NCBI RefSeq assembly: GCF_900141845.1
Contig: NZ_FQZB01000013.1
Coordinates: forward strand, 65,289 to 97,288
DNA length: 32,000 nt
Direction of reading: 5' to 3'
DNA from: Clostridium cavendishii DSM 21758
GTDB lineage: Bacteria > Bacillota > Clostridia > Clostridiales > Clostridiaceae
Shown: positions 9,414 through 17,828 of the stretch, piece after piece
How the letters are laid out: the number at the start of each line of letters is the position of its first letter
How positions within the stretch are numbered: position 1 is the first letter of the stretch
Translations under genes and position numbers: made by a program
Notes under the pieces: model-generated
What the model saw: the letters and a program-made list of their open reading frames with translations, nothing else
Told to the model about the DNA's origin: nothing
Databases searched by the model: none

Positions 9414-9869
9414 ATGGACCAATTTAGCTTTCATAACATAGAGGATATTAAAGCAGAAGAAAAACGCCTTTATGATGAATACAAACGTAAATTATCTGAA
9501 CTAAAAAAGATTCAAAAAGAAAATGAAGCTGTAGGGCAAGTATTTACAAAGGGACTGTTACCACTATATTCATTATATATACTTAGTCTAGGTCCTACGA
9601 ACGGCAATGATATAGCCAATCAAATAGGCGAACGTACTCAAGGACTTTGGATTCCAAGTACTGGTGGAATTTATCCCCTACTTAAAAAATTTGAAAAACA
9701 GGGCTTCATAGTGGGAGAATGGGATGATCCTAAGAAAAAATTTCAAAAAATTTATTCTTTGACTCCATTAGGTTATGAAGAACTTAACAACAAAAAGAAT
9801 TTACTCCAAGTTAAAATAGAAGAAGCTTTAGAAGTTTTTAAAATAATTTATGGAGACCTGTATTCTTAG
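9414..9869 (+). CDS. PadR family transcriptional regulator with an N-terminal charged extension of about 40 aa
   Basis: The winged-helix core is LLPLYSLYILSLGPTNGNDIANQI...GGIYPLLKKFEKQGFIVGEW...KIYSLTPLG. It starts 4 nt after the degV stop. Confidence 0.85.
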   Translation: MDQFSFHNIEDIKAEEKRLYDEYKRKLSELKKIQKENEAVGQVFTKGLLPLYSLYILSLGPTNGNDIANQIGERTQGLWIPSTGGIYPLLKKFEKQGFIVGEWDDPKKKFQKIYSLTPLGYEELNNKKNLLQVKIEEALEVFKIIYGDLYS

Positions 9870-9883
9870 TACAGGTCTTTTTT
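9855..9883 (+). terminator. Terminator of degV-padR
   Basis: Stem gacctgta / tacaggtc followed by tttttt. The padR stop codon sits in the loop. Confidence 0.8.
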
Positions 9884-9941
9884 GCATAATATCTTACTCA
9901 TAAGCTAATAATATTGTTAAATATTATTATGAGGTGATTCT

Positions 9942-10151
9942 ATGAAAGGCAAAGTTTTAGATATTACTCAAAGTGATGCTATAGTCAGTTTAAATGACGG
10001 GAGTACTATGGACATATCTTTAAGCAAGCTCCCTATACATATAAACATAGGAGATATGGTAGATATTCCATTTTCGACTTTAGAATCATTAAATAACAAC
10101 GTATTTAACCATGATACTCTCGGCAATAATAAAATAGTTGATTTTTTTTAA
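9942..10151 (+). CDS. Small hypothetical protein (DUF3006-like beta-rich N-terminus)
   Basis: 69 aa with SD GAGGTGA 5 nt upstream. The pattern KGKVLDITQSDAIVSLNDGSTMDISLSKLP...GDMVDI resembles DUF3006/RsgI-N-like small domains. That similarity is judged by eye only. Confidence 0.5.
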   Translation: MKGKVLDITQSDAIVSLNDGSTMDISLSKLPIHINIGDMVDIPFSTLESLNNNVFNHDTLGNNKIVDFF

Positions 10152-10192
10152 CACTTATTGTAAACTTTAATTGTATTTACAAATTAATAGTG

Positions 10193-10320
10193 TGCTAGGG
10201 GTGCCAATTGGCTGAGAGATGGATTATCCATTAACCCTCAAAGTATTGAAAAAATAAATAGTTAATAATTTATTTTGAAATACTATAACCTGATCTGGCT
10301 AGTACCAGCGTAGGGAAGCG
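10193..10320 (+). promoter_or_regulatory. TPP (THI-box) riboswitch
   Basis: Conserved elements CTAGGGGTGCC...GCTGAGA...ACCC...AACCTGATCTGGCTAGTACCAGCGTAGGGAAGC. Lies immediately upstream of a thiT-like transporter gene. Confidence 0.92.
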
Positions 10321-10334
10321 TTATTCAAATATTT

Positions 10335-10360
10335 CGTATTCCTTTGGAATGCGTTTTTTT
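10335..10360 (+). terminator. Riboswitch expression-platform terminator
   Basis: Stem cgtattcc / ggaatgcg followed by ttttttt, about 45 nt before the thiT start. Confidence 0.8.
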
Positions 10361-10406
10361 ATTTTTATAACAAATATCACCTCTTAGCGCATCAAGGAGG
10401 TTTACT

Positions 10407-11108
10407 ATGAACTACTTACAAAAAATCTTTTATGAATTTAGTACTAATTTGTACAAATTCTTTTCCAAACTACCTGAAAATTCACATAAAATCTTTTCTA
10501 ATCCATTATCGTTAATTACTATATTAGGTTTACTAGTTTTGCTGGTAGTAATTATAAAGACTAAGCATATAAAAATGGATGCTAGACTCATATCAAGGAT
10601 AGGTATGGCTTTAGCCTTAGCTACTATACTTCATATGTTTAAATTATATCATTTTCCTCAAGGTGGCAGCGTAACACTGGGAAGTATGATACCTATAATA
10701 CTTATAGCATTTATCTACGGTCCTCTTATAGGCTGCTTAACAGGCCTTTTATTTGGAATTATAAATTTATTTATGAATCCTTATATTTTAACACCTATAC
10801 AAGTACTTTTTGATTATCCACTACCATTTTTAGCATTAGGTATTGCTGGCTTCTTTAAAAATAAAAAAATGCTTGGAACCTTTTTAGCTATGTTTGGTAG
10901 ATTTATATGTCATTTCATATCAGGTGTAGCCTTTTTTGGAAATTATGCACCTAAAGGTACTTCGCCTTGGCTTTACTCATTAACTATTAATGCATCATTA
11001 ATAGGGACTGAAACATTTATTTGCCTAGTTATTATGTATTTCTTACCTATTCAAAGACTTATAAAGCTAAATAGTAAAACAAAAATGGAATCATTTAAAA
11101 CTGCATAA
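10407..11108 (+). CDS. thiT: Thiamine ECF transporter S component (ThiT-like)
   Basis: 233-aa polytopic membrane protein. It is directly controlled by the TPP riboswitch, with SD AAGGAGG upstream. The N-terminal 50 aa or so extend beyond typical ThiT length. Confidence 0.8.
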   Translation: MNYLQKIFYEFSTNLYKFFSKLPENSHKIFSNPLSLITILGLLVLLVVIIKTKHIKMDARLISRIGMALALATILHMFKLYHFPQGGSVTLGSMIPIILIAFIYGPLIGCLTGLLFGIINLFMNPYILTPIQVLFDYPLPFLALGIAGFFKNKKMLGTFLAMFGRFICHFISGVAFFGNYAPKGTSPWLYSLTINASLIGTETFICLVIMYFLPIQRLIKLNSKTKMESFKTA

Positions 11109-11110
11109 TA

Positions 11111-11150
11111 AAAAAAGAGATGATAGACTTTAAATCCATCATCTCTTTTT
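11111..11150. terminator. Bidirectional terminator shared by thiT (+) and ferredoxin (-)
   Basis: Stem agagatgat / atcatctct, flanked by an A-run upstream and a T-run downstream. Confidence 0.8.
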
Positions 11151-11339
11151 CTACTCTACTATTATAGCAGATACTGGGCATCCTGATTCTGCTTCTTTAG
11201 CTTCTGATTGTGCTCCTTCAGGAACTTCACTTTTTATAGTTTTAGCTTTTCCATCATCATCCATTTCAAAACATTCTGGACATATTGATGGACAAAGGCC
11301 ACATCCAATACAGGTTTCTTTATCAACTTTAGCTTGCAT
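11151..11339 (-). CDS. Small [4Fe-4S] ferredoxin
   Basis: Contains CIGCGLCPSICP ... CPVSAI. The ORF track starts at 11387, but AAGGAG lies 7 nt upstream of the ATG at 11339 (MQAKVDKETC), giving a typical 62-aa ferredoxin. Confidence 0.85.
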   Translation of the reverse strand: MQAKVDKETCIGCGLCPSICPECFEMDDDGKAKTIKSEVPEGAQSEAKEAESGCPVSAIIVE

Positions 11340-11505
11340 ATGACTCACTCCTTTTTTTATCTCATTAACCAATTTTATTATATCCATATTTAAATTTAAT
11401 ATTTATAAATTCTGCAATATTTTAAAAAAAGTAAATTACGAACTTTTATTTAATTACTTTTAAAATTTTAATATCATAAATCATCTATATAATTTAATTG
11501 ATAAA

Positions 11506-11538
11506 ATCAAAAAGTAACTTGATTAAATTCAAGTTACT
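11506..11538 (-). terminator. Terminator of the lgt-lipoprotein-mrp operon
   Basis: Stem agtaacttga / tcaagttact, followed on the minus strand by TTTTTGATTTT. Confidence 0.7.
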
Positions 11539-11551
11539 TCTTTATGAAATA

Positions 11552-12442
11552 TTAATATAAGCCACCAAATAACATTGTATATAATGAATCTTGTGCCACA
11601 TATTCAGATGCCTTACCCTCTTCAAGAGCTTCTGTTAATTCTATATTAATAGGAAGTTCCGCTATTAATGGTATTCCCAAATATTCTGCATGTTCTTCCG
11701 CTGATTTTTTACTGAATATTTTCATCTTAGTTCCACAATCACCACAATTGATATAGGCCATATTTTCTACAACACCTCTAATAGGAACCCCTATCTTCTC
11801 AGCCATAATAACTAACTTTTTAACTATCATAGATACCATGTCCTGAGGTGTAGATACTATTATAAGTTCTGTAAGAGGAAAACTTTGCATTACTGTAAGT
11901 GCTGTATCCCCTGTTCCTGGTGGCATATCTATTAATAAGTAATCAAGATTTTCCCAAACAGTATCTTGATACATTTGATTTAGCACACCATTTATAACTG
12001 GTCCTCTCCAAATAACAGGTTGATCTTCTACAGCAGTTAATAAATTCATTGACATAACTTTTATACCTAAGCTACTTTCAACAGGCATAAATTTAAAATT
12101 ATTGTTATTATCTATAGGAACCATTTGTGCTCTTTTTTCATTTATTCCAAAAAACCTAGGCATAGATGGTCCTGTAATATCAGCATCTAAAACTCCAACC
12201 TTATAACCTTTATTAGCAAGTTGCGTAGCCATTATTCCAGTAACAGTTGACTTTCCAACTCCACCTTTACCACTTATAACACCTATTATATTTTTTATAT
12301 CGCCATATTTCGGTAATACCTTAACATTAACATTAGTTTTCATAGGCTTTTGCACTTTTGGATTTTCGCCTTTTTTAGTTAATGTTATATTTGAAACTAT
12401 TTTTTTCTTTTCATTTTTATCTTTATTTAAATCATTACCCAT
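11552..12442 (-). CDS. Mrp/NBP35/ApbC family P-loop ATPase (Fe-S cluster carrier)
   Basis: Has the deviant Walker A GKGGVGKST, DMPPGTGD and a C-terminal CGDCG pair. SD AAGGAGAG is upstream. Confidence 0.9.
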   Translation of the reverse strand: MGNDLNKDKNEKKKIVSNITLTKKGENPKVQKPMKTNVNVKVLPKYGDIKNIIGVISGKGGVGKSTVTGIMATQLANKGYKVGVLDADITGPSMPRFFGINEKRAQMVPIDNNNNFKFMPVESSLGIKVMSMNLLTAVEDQPVIWRGPVINGVLNQMYQDTVWENLDYLLIDMPPGTGDTALTVMQSFPLTELIIVSTPQDMVSMIVKKLVIMAEKIGVPIRGVVENMAYINCGDCGTKMKIFSKKSAEEHAEYLGIPLIAELPINIELTEALEEGKASEYVAQDSLYTMLFGGLY

Positions 12443-12454
12443 TCTCTCTCTCCT

Positions 12455-13285
12455 TTATCTCCAATCGTTTGGCATTTTTTCCTCTATACTTGTGGTCCAA
12501 TTACTATCATAAGTACCAGTTATATAGAATTTTTTTTGCGAATTTTCTTTTCTATTTTCAATAGTAACTATAGATTTATAAGTTTTAGTCTTATATCCAT
12601 AGTTATTTATAGATACAATTACATCAAAATTTTCCCTATTTTTATTTACAATATCAGCACTCGGAAGTATCTCCTTAAGCCTTCTTTTAAAATCATCAAT
12701 ATCTACTGAAATCATATATTTTGTACACTCAGTATCCCCTAATATGTCAACACCAACCTTAAGTCCATTAACATCCAACTTTGACTTGTTATTTTCTATA
12801 ACCTTAAGTAAAGAATTATAATAAATATTTTCAAACTCTCTAGGCTTTCTTATAAAAGAAAGATTCTGAATAATATAGTTATCTAATCTTTTAGATATTA
12901 CATAGCTTTTATTTTCATCATAAAAATTCCCTTGCTTGTTATCATGAAGCCCAGCAACATAACTAAATTTCTTAACATCAGAACCACTATGAATTTCAAA
13001 TATATAATCAGCCTCTAAACTAGTTTTAGTAGTAGCAGGTTTCCCTGATGAAAGTATATCATAAATATCCTTAATATTATTCTTTTCACTTACTATAAAC
13101 CTAAAACCTGTATCTCTAGTACTTTGTATAACTACCTTATCAACCTTATTTTGTTTTATATATTCAAAATCGCTATTTTTAAAACCAAGCTTTTGACTAG
13201 CTTTATCAATTAAATTACAGCCAGTTAAAGTTGTAGCTACTAAAATAAACACAGTCGCTATTATGATAAATCTCCTAATTTTCAC
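12455..13285 (-). CDS. Putative lipoprotein, function unknown
   Basis: GTG start. Signal peptide with lipobox LTGC (MKIRRFIIIATVFILVATTLTGC). Overlaps the lgt 3' end by 11 nt. Confidence 0.7.
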   Translation of the reverse strand: MKIRRFIIIATVFILVATTLTGCNLIDKASQKLGFKNSDFEYIKQNKVDKVVIQSTRDTGFRFIVSEKNNIKDIYDILSSGKPATTKTSLEADYIFEIHSGSDVKKFSYVAGLHDNKQGNFYDENKSYVISKRLDNYIIQNLSFIRKPREFENIYYNSLLKVIENNKSKLDVNGLKVGVDILGDTECTKYMISVDIDDFKRRLKEILPSADIVNKNRENFDVIVSINNYGYKTKTYKSIVTIENRKENSQKKFYITGTYDSNWTTSIEEKMPNDWR

Positions 13286-14063
13286 TTTTTAACAATCTCC
13301 CTTTAAATTTATCTACGTTGTATAGTATTATTCCTAAAGCAAGTGTAAATATAGCTATAAATTGCGATGTTGTTAAGTTTCCTACATTTCCCCTAGGATC
13401 ATTTCTTATTATTTCTACTAGGAATCTACCTATACTATAAATAATAAGATATAGACTAAATATTCTACCTTTTTTATCTGTTTTTCTACTATACCATATT
13501 AAAAATAATCCTAATAAGAAATCAAAAATCGAAGAATAAATTTGTGTTGGATGCAAATGTACACCAGCTGGCGCTAAGCTTAAACTATCATCAGGAAATA
13601 CCACTGAAAGTTTACTTGTTGTCTCTGCACCATAACAACAACCTGCTAAAAAACAACCTATTCTTCCAAAACCTTGGGCTATAGCAACTCCTGGAACAAC
13701 CATATCGAAAATATCTAAAAAACTCCAACTTTTCTTTCTACAATATAAATATACTCCTATAGCTCCTCCTATAATAGCACCATATATAACAAATCCATTT
13801 CCAAATTCAATCAATATCTTAGATGGATCTTTTACAATATCACTAAATTCTGTAATTATATATAATATCTTTCCCCCTAGAATACCACATATAACAGCTA
13901 ATATAGTCATATTAAATATACTGTCTTCATTATAGCCTTTAGACTTAGCTTTTCTACTCAAAATAGACATAGCTACAATTATACCTAATGCTATCATAAG
14001 ACCGTAACCATACACATTTAGTCCAAATATTTTAATAAGAACTGGTTTCATTAGTACCTCCAA
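13275..14063 (-). CDS. lgt: Phosphatidylglycerol:prolipoprotein diacylglyceryl transferase
   Basis: 262-aa polytopic protein. The Lgt signature region is GRIGCFLAGCCYG, with HPTQIYSS also present. Confidence 0.93.
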   Translation of the reverse strand: MEVLMKPVLIKIFGLNVYGYGLMIALGIIVAMSILSRKAKSKGYNEDSIFNMTILAVICGILGGKILYIITEFSDIVKDPSKILIEFGNGFVIYGAIIGGAIGVYLYCRKKSWSFLDIFDMVVPGVAIAQGFGRIGCFLAGCCYGAETTSKLSVVFPDDSLSLAPAGVHLHPTQIYSSIFDFLLGLFLIWYSRKTDKKGRIFSLYLIIYSIGRFLVEIIRNDPRGNVGNLTTSQFIAIFTLALGIILYNVDKFKGRLLKSEN

Positions 14064-14224
14064 AATTTAATTTAGGCATATAACATATAAAACAATATAT
14101 TAAAATATATATCTTAGAATATTATTTTTTAAGTATACCTTATTATCCAAATAGGAGAAGCTATCTTAGCTTCTCCTATTTCCTTACATTAAATTATAAT
14201 ACTTATCTATTTCTAAATCAAATT

Positions 14225-14803
14225 TTATTTACTTTTTTTAAAACTTTCTACAATAACTTTATAAATGGTGTCATAATTCTCCTTATACTTATCTTTATTA
14301 CATTTAAAACTAATCTTTATTACATTATTTTTTTCTGTTTGAAAATAATATATTGTATTAACAAAATTCTTCTTTCCATCCAAATTATTTGAAAACCTAA
14401 CTTTATTCATATTAATATCATTTATTTTTTCTTTTGTGTTTTTATAATCTCCATTATCTACAAAAGTATTTTTTTCTTCTTCTATAACCTCAGCAACACT
14501 TTTAGGTGTATTAATAACCTGTACGCTCCCAAATATCCCCATATCATCACTCTTAAAGTCATTATCATAAACTATATAATTACCTGGATATTTTTTCTCC
14601 TGAGCATTCCATAATGTTGGTATGTTATAAGTATATTTATTATCCATAGCTTCATATTTTTTTAAGTCACTTATATTATTATTCATAAGAGCTACAAACT
14701 TCATTTTATTACTAAAAATACTTTCTGAAGCAACTAGCACAATCATTAAACCAATAAGTATAAGAGTAACCTTAAGCTGCTTTTTATTCATAAATTTCTC
14801 CAT
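14225..14803 (-). CDS. Hypothetical membrane-anchored protein
   Basis: One N-terminal TM helix (LKVTLILIGLMIVLVA) followed by a K/N-rich soluble domain of about 160 aa. GGGGGAG lies 5 nt before the ATG at 14803 (MEKFMNKK), which is preferred over the ORF-track start at 14821. Confidence 0.6.
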   Translation of the reverse strand: MEKFMNKKQLKVTLILIGLMIVLVASESIFSNKMKFVALMNNNISDLKKYEAMDNKYTYNIPTLWNAQEKKYPGNYIVYDNDFKSDDMGIFGSVQVINTPKSVAEVIEEEKNTFVDNGDYKNTKEKINDINMNKVRFSNNLDGKKNFVNTIYYFQTEKNNVIKISFKCNKDKYKENYDTIYKVIVESFKKSK

Positions 14804-14902
14804 ATCTTCTCCCCCATTCATGTTATACGACTTCTTTACTTAATAAAATATATTCTTTTTGCTATTTGTTTATGAATGTTTTTTGTACAAGCTTTATAAT
14901 TA

Positions 14903-14937
14903 AAATTAAAAGGAAGTCATTTAATTTGACTTCCCTT
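14903..14937 (-). terminator. Terminator of the 387-aa gene
   Basis: Stem ggaagtca / tgacttcc, followed on the minus strand by TTTTAATTTT. Confidence 0.7.
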
Positions 14938-14942
14938 TAATT

Positions 14943-16106
14943 TTATTTCATAGGAATTACTATCATTGAATTTTTGAAATCGTAAAACATTAACCAATAT
15001 CCTGAATTAGGATCATTAGGATCCTCTGTCCAAGTCACAAAACCAGTTTTCCCACCATAAGGTTGAGAATCCTTATCCTTATTTCCTGGTACTGCATAAA
15101 TTAAGTATTTAACATTGCCTTCTTCGTCACATTTTAAACCTAATAAAAAGTAGTCTTTCTTCTTTATATATGGATAATAATTTACCATTGGATAATAAAC
15201 TACTGTATATTTATTATAATTTGTAATATTAAGCATATCATCAATGCTCTTTACAGGTATTCTATACCATTTCGTATTTTTTATATCTGAAGTCATATTA
15301 GTCATAGGATCAAAACCTTCTACTACAGCGCCAAAGAAGTCGCCCATAGTTCCTTTTAACTGGATGTCATCTTCTACCACTCTGGTATTATTTATTTCTC
15401 TTTCATAATCATCATATTTACTTTCTAAAGTTCTTTCTTGATATTCACCAGTATTATAATCCATATCTTCACTCATAGTATTTGGATTTGCATTATTCAT
15501 AATATTTGGTTTCATATTGTCCATCATTTGTTGCTGTGCTTCATTCATATCAATTTGCTTTGATTGATCCATAGTGCTTTGTGGTTCTTCCTTAACAATT
15601 TTCTTTTCCTGCACCTTCTTAGTCACCTTAACATTTTGAGTAACAGGTTGATTTCCACCTTTAGCACCATCACTAACCATCATCATTTTGTATTTTTTCC
15701 AATCATCCTCTGGCTGCTCTCCATTTAAAAATCCGCACATTAAAATTACCATTCTTCCATTAAGCTGTTTACACAAGGCAGCTCCAACTACTTTTTCATA
15801 GTTTACCCCAGTACCTCCTATATTGTTTGCCATATGCTCTACTGTGGCTTCAGCCTTTCCTTGTTCATTTATGTTCATATTTCCTAAATTTATATTTTGT
15901 TTAGCATCTTTTTTGCTACAAATTAATACCATATGGCATTTATCATAATCATGTTTTAAGTTTTGAGCATAAAATGCTATCTTACATCTGTCGTTTTTAA
16001 CCTCTATCTTAGCATAACCAGATAAAGGTTTATCTCCTGCTATTGAATGTCCCTTTTCATCCTCTTGAAGTATTATAAAGCTTCTATATAATTTACTGTG
16101 TGCCAA
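14943..16106 (-). CDS. Hypothetical two-domain protein with M/N/Q/D-rich low-complexity linker
   Basis: 387-aa ORF with a TTG start 8 nt after GGAGGG. It has its own flanking terminators. I recognise no motif in it. Confidence 0.7.
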   Translation of the reverse strand: MAHSKLYRSFIILQEDEKGHSIAGDKPLSGYAKIEVKNDRCKIAFYAQNLKHDYDKCHMVLICSKKDAKQNINLGNMNINEQGKAEATVEHMANNIGGTGVNYEKVVGAALCKQLNGRMVILMCGFLNGEQPEDDWKKYKMMMVSDGAKGGNQPVTQNVKVTKKVQEKKIVKEEPQSTMDQSKQIDMNEAQQQMMDNMKPNIMNNANPNTMSEDMDYNTGEYQERTLESKYDDYEREINNTRVVEDDIQLKGTMGDFFGAVVEGFDPMTNMTSDIKNTKWYRIPVKSIDDMLNITNYNKYTVVYYPMVNYYPYIKKKDYFLLGLKCDEEGNVKYLIYAVPGNKDKDSQPYGGKTGFVTWTEDPNDPNSGYWLMFYDFKNSMIVIPMK

Positions 16107-16215
16107 CTTATGGTCCCTCCGCTTATATTTATTCCTTATATTATATGATGCTCCTTCTAAAATAAGAATTGTTTATACCTTATATATTATTTAAAATTTT
16201 TGATTTTGTTACATG

Positions 16216-16246
16216 CAAAAAAATCACAGAATAATTCTTCTGTGAT
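16216..16246 (-). terminator. Terminator of rnmV-rsmA
   Basis: Stem atcacaga / tctgtgat, followed on the minus strand by TTTTTTT. Confidence 0.75.
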
Positions 16247-16301
16247 TTCTAAATAAATATTTGAAGCTTAAAGTTTTATTTCTTCACTTTTAGCTCTTAA
16301 T

Positions 16302-17150
16302 TTAATTTTTCATATATTTATTTATTGCATTAGAAAGATTTGCAAACTCCTGAATACTTAAAGTTTCCCCTCTTCTCTTAGGATCTATCTTGGCATCTTC
16401 AAAAGCTTTTTCCATAAGTTCTTTACTTAAACTTATACTTTTAACACCATTCCATAAAGTTTTTCTTCTCATATTAAAAGACGCTCTTATAACTTCAAAA
16501 AACAATTTTTCATTATCAACTTCTACCGCTGGTTTTTCTAGCTTCTCTAATTTTATAACTGTAGATTCAACTTTTGGTCTAGGTATAAAGCAAGATGGAG
16601 CTACTTTTCTCACTATTGAAGTAGTACAGTAATATTGTACTAATAATGAAAGAGCGCCATAATCTTTACAATTTGGTTCTGCATTTATTCTTTCTGCTAC
16701 TTCCTTCTGAATCATTATTGTAAGTGACTTAAAATTATAACCTTCATTTAATAATTTAGCTATTATAGGTGTAGTAACATAATAAGGAAGGTTTGCAACT
16801 AATTTTACACTCTTCTCATCCCCTATTATTTCATTAAAGTCTACCTTTAAAGCATCTTTATGTACTAATTGAAAATTTTGATTTTCCCCAAGTTCTGCTT
16901 GTAAGATAGGAATTAAATCTGAATCCAATTCAATAGACACAACTCTCTTTGCTTTTTTTAATATTTGAGCCGTTAGTGTTCCAACTCCAGGACCTATTTC
17001 TATAACTAAATCCTCTGAGTTTACATCTGCACCATTTACTATATCCTCAAGTACAGAATCATCTATAAGAAAGTTCTGTCCTAAAGACTTGGAAAATTTA
17101 AAATTATACTTTTTTACAAGCTCTTGAGTTTTTACATCTTTAATATCCAT
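16302..17150 (-). CDS. rsmA: 16S rRNA (adenine1518/1519-N6)-dimethyltransferase
   Basis: Contains SLGQNFL, the SAM-binding motif [10 protein letters not shown], and [10 protein letters not shown]. The start overlaps the rnmV stop (TAATG). Confidence 0.95.
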   Translation of the reverse strand: MDIKDVKTQELVKKYNFKFSKSLGQNFLIDDSVLEDIVNGADVNSEDLVIEIGPGVGTLTAQILKKAKRVVSIELDSDLIPILQAELGENQNFQLVHKDALKVDFNEIIGDEKSVKLVANLPYYVTTPIIAKLLNEGYNFKSLTIMIQKEVAERINAEPNCKDYGALSLLVQYYCTTSIVRKVAPSCFIPRPKVESTVIKLEKLEKPAVEVDNEKLFFEVIRASFNMRRKTLWNGVKSISLSKELMEKAFEDAKIDPKRRGETLSIQEFANLSNAINKYMKN

Positions 17151-17707
17151 TAATTTTCTCCTGCTTCTAATAATTTATCTACTTTTTTTATAGCTTCTAC
17201 AAACTCGGCTTTTCCTATTCCATAGTTGTTTAGTCTCGATAATAGTTGATTAGCATTTCCATATCCTACCCTAAGCTCTTTTCCAACAAGCTCTCTTCTA
17301 AGTTTAGCCTTTGGATCTGCTGAAAGCTTAAAAAATATTAAATCTTGTATATTAAATTCCTCTCTTTTTTCTCCTACTGTAGCTTTTGCTTCTTCCAGCG
17401 CTTTTATTATTGCAGCTGGTTCTGCATTTTCAACACCTATATCATCACCCTTAGTGCCTTCTGCTCTAGAAATATAAGCATGCTTTATGCCCTCAACCCT
17501 TTTCGATATTATTTTTCTTATCTTTTCTCCAGCAAAATCTGGATCGGTTAAAACTATAACCCCTTTTCTTTTTTGAGCCTCTTTTATTCTATCAATTACT
17601 TTTTTATTTATACCAAATCCACCTACAGCAATAACTTCTGCATCAACAGCTTTTTTTACTGCAGTTATATCATCTCTACCTTCTACTACTATAACTTCTT
17701 TAATCAA
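17150..17707 (-). CDS. rnmV: Ribonuclease M5 (Toprim domain)
   Basis: Contains VVEGRDD and [11 protein letters not shown] Toprim motifs. The likely start is the second TTG at 17707, 9 nt after GGGAG. The ORF-track start at 17716 abuts the SD. Confidence 0.9.
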   Translation of the reverse strand: MIKEVIVVEGRDDITAVKKAVDAEVIAVGGFGINKKVIDRIKEAQKRKGVIVLTDPDFAGEKIRKIISKRVEGIKHAYISRAEGTKGDDIGVENAEPAAIIKALEEAKATVGEKREEFNIQDLIFFKLSADPKAKLRRELVGKELRVGYGNANQLLSRLNNYGIGKAEFVEAIKKVDKLLEAGEN

Positions 17708-17780
17708 GGTACACAACTCCCTTTCAATACTTTATGACTTTCTAAAAATCCACACTACCTATTTTAATATTATTTACTGA

Positions 17781-17818
17781 AAAAAGCAAAATAGAGATAA
17801 CTATTTCGTTATCTCTAT
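17781..17818 (-). terminator. Terminator after yabE-like gene
   Basis: An 11-bp stem atagagataac / gttatctctat, followed on the minus strand by TTTTGCTTTTTT. Confidence 0.8.
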
Positions 17819-17828
17819 TTTTGTAAGT

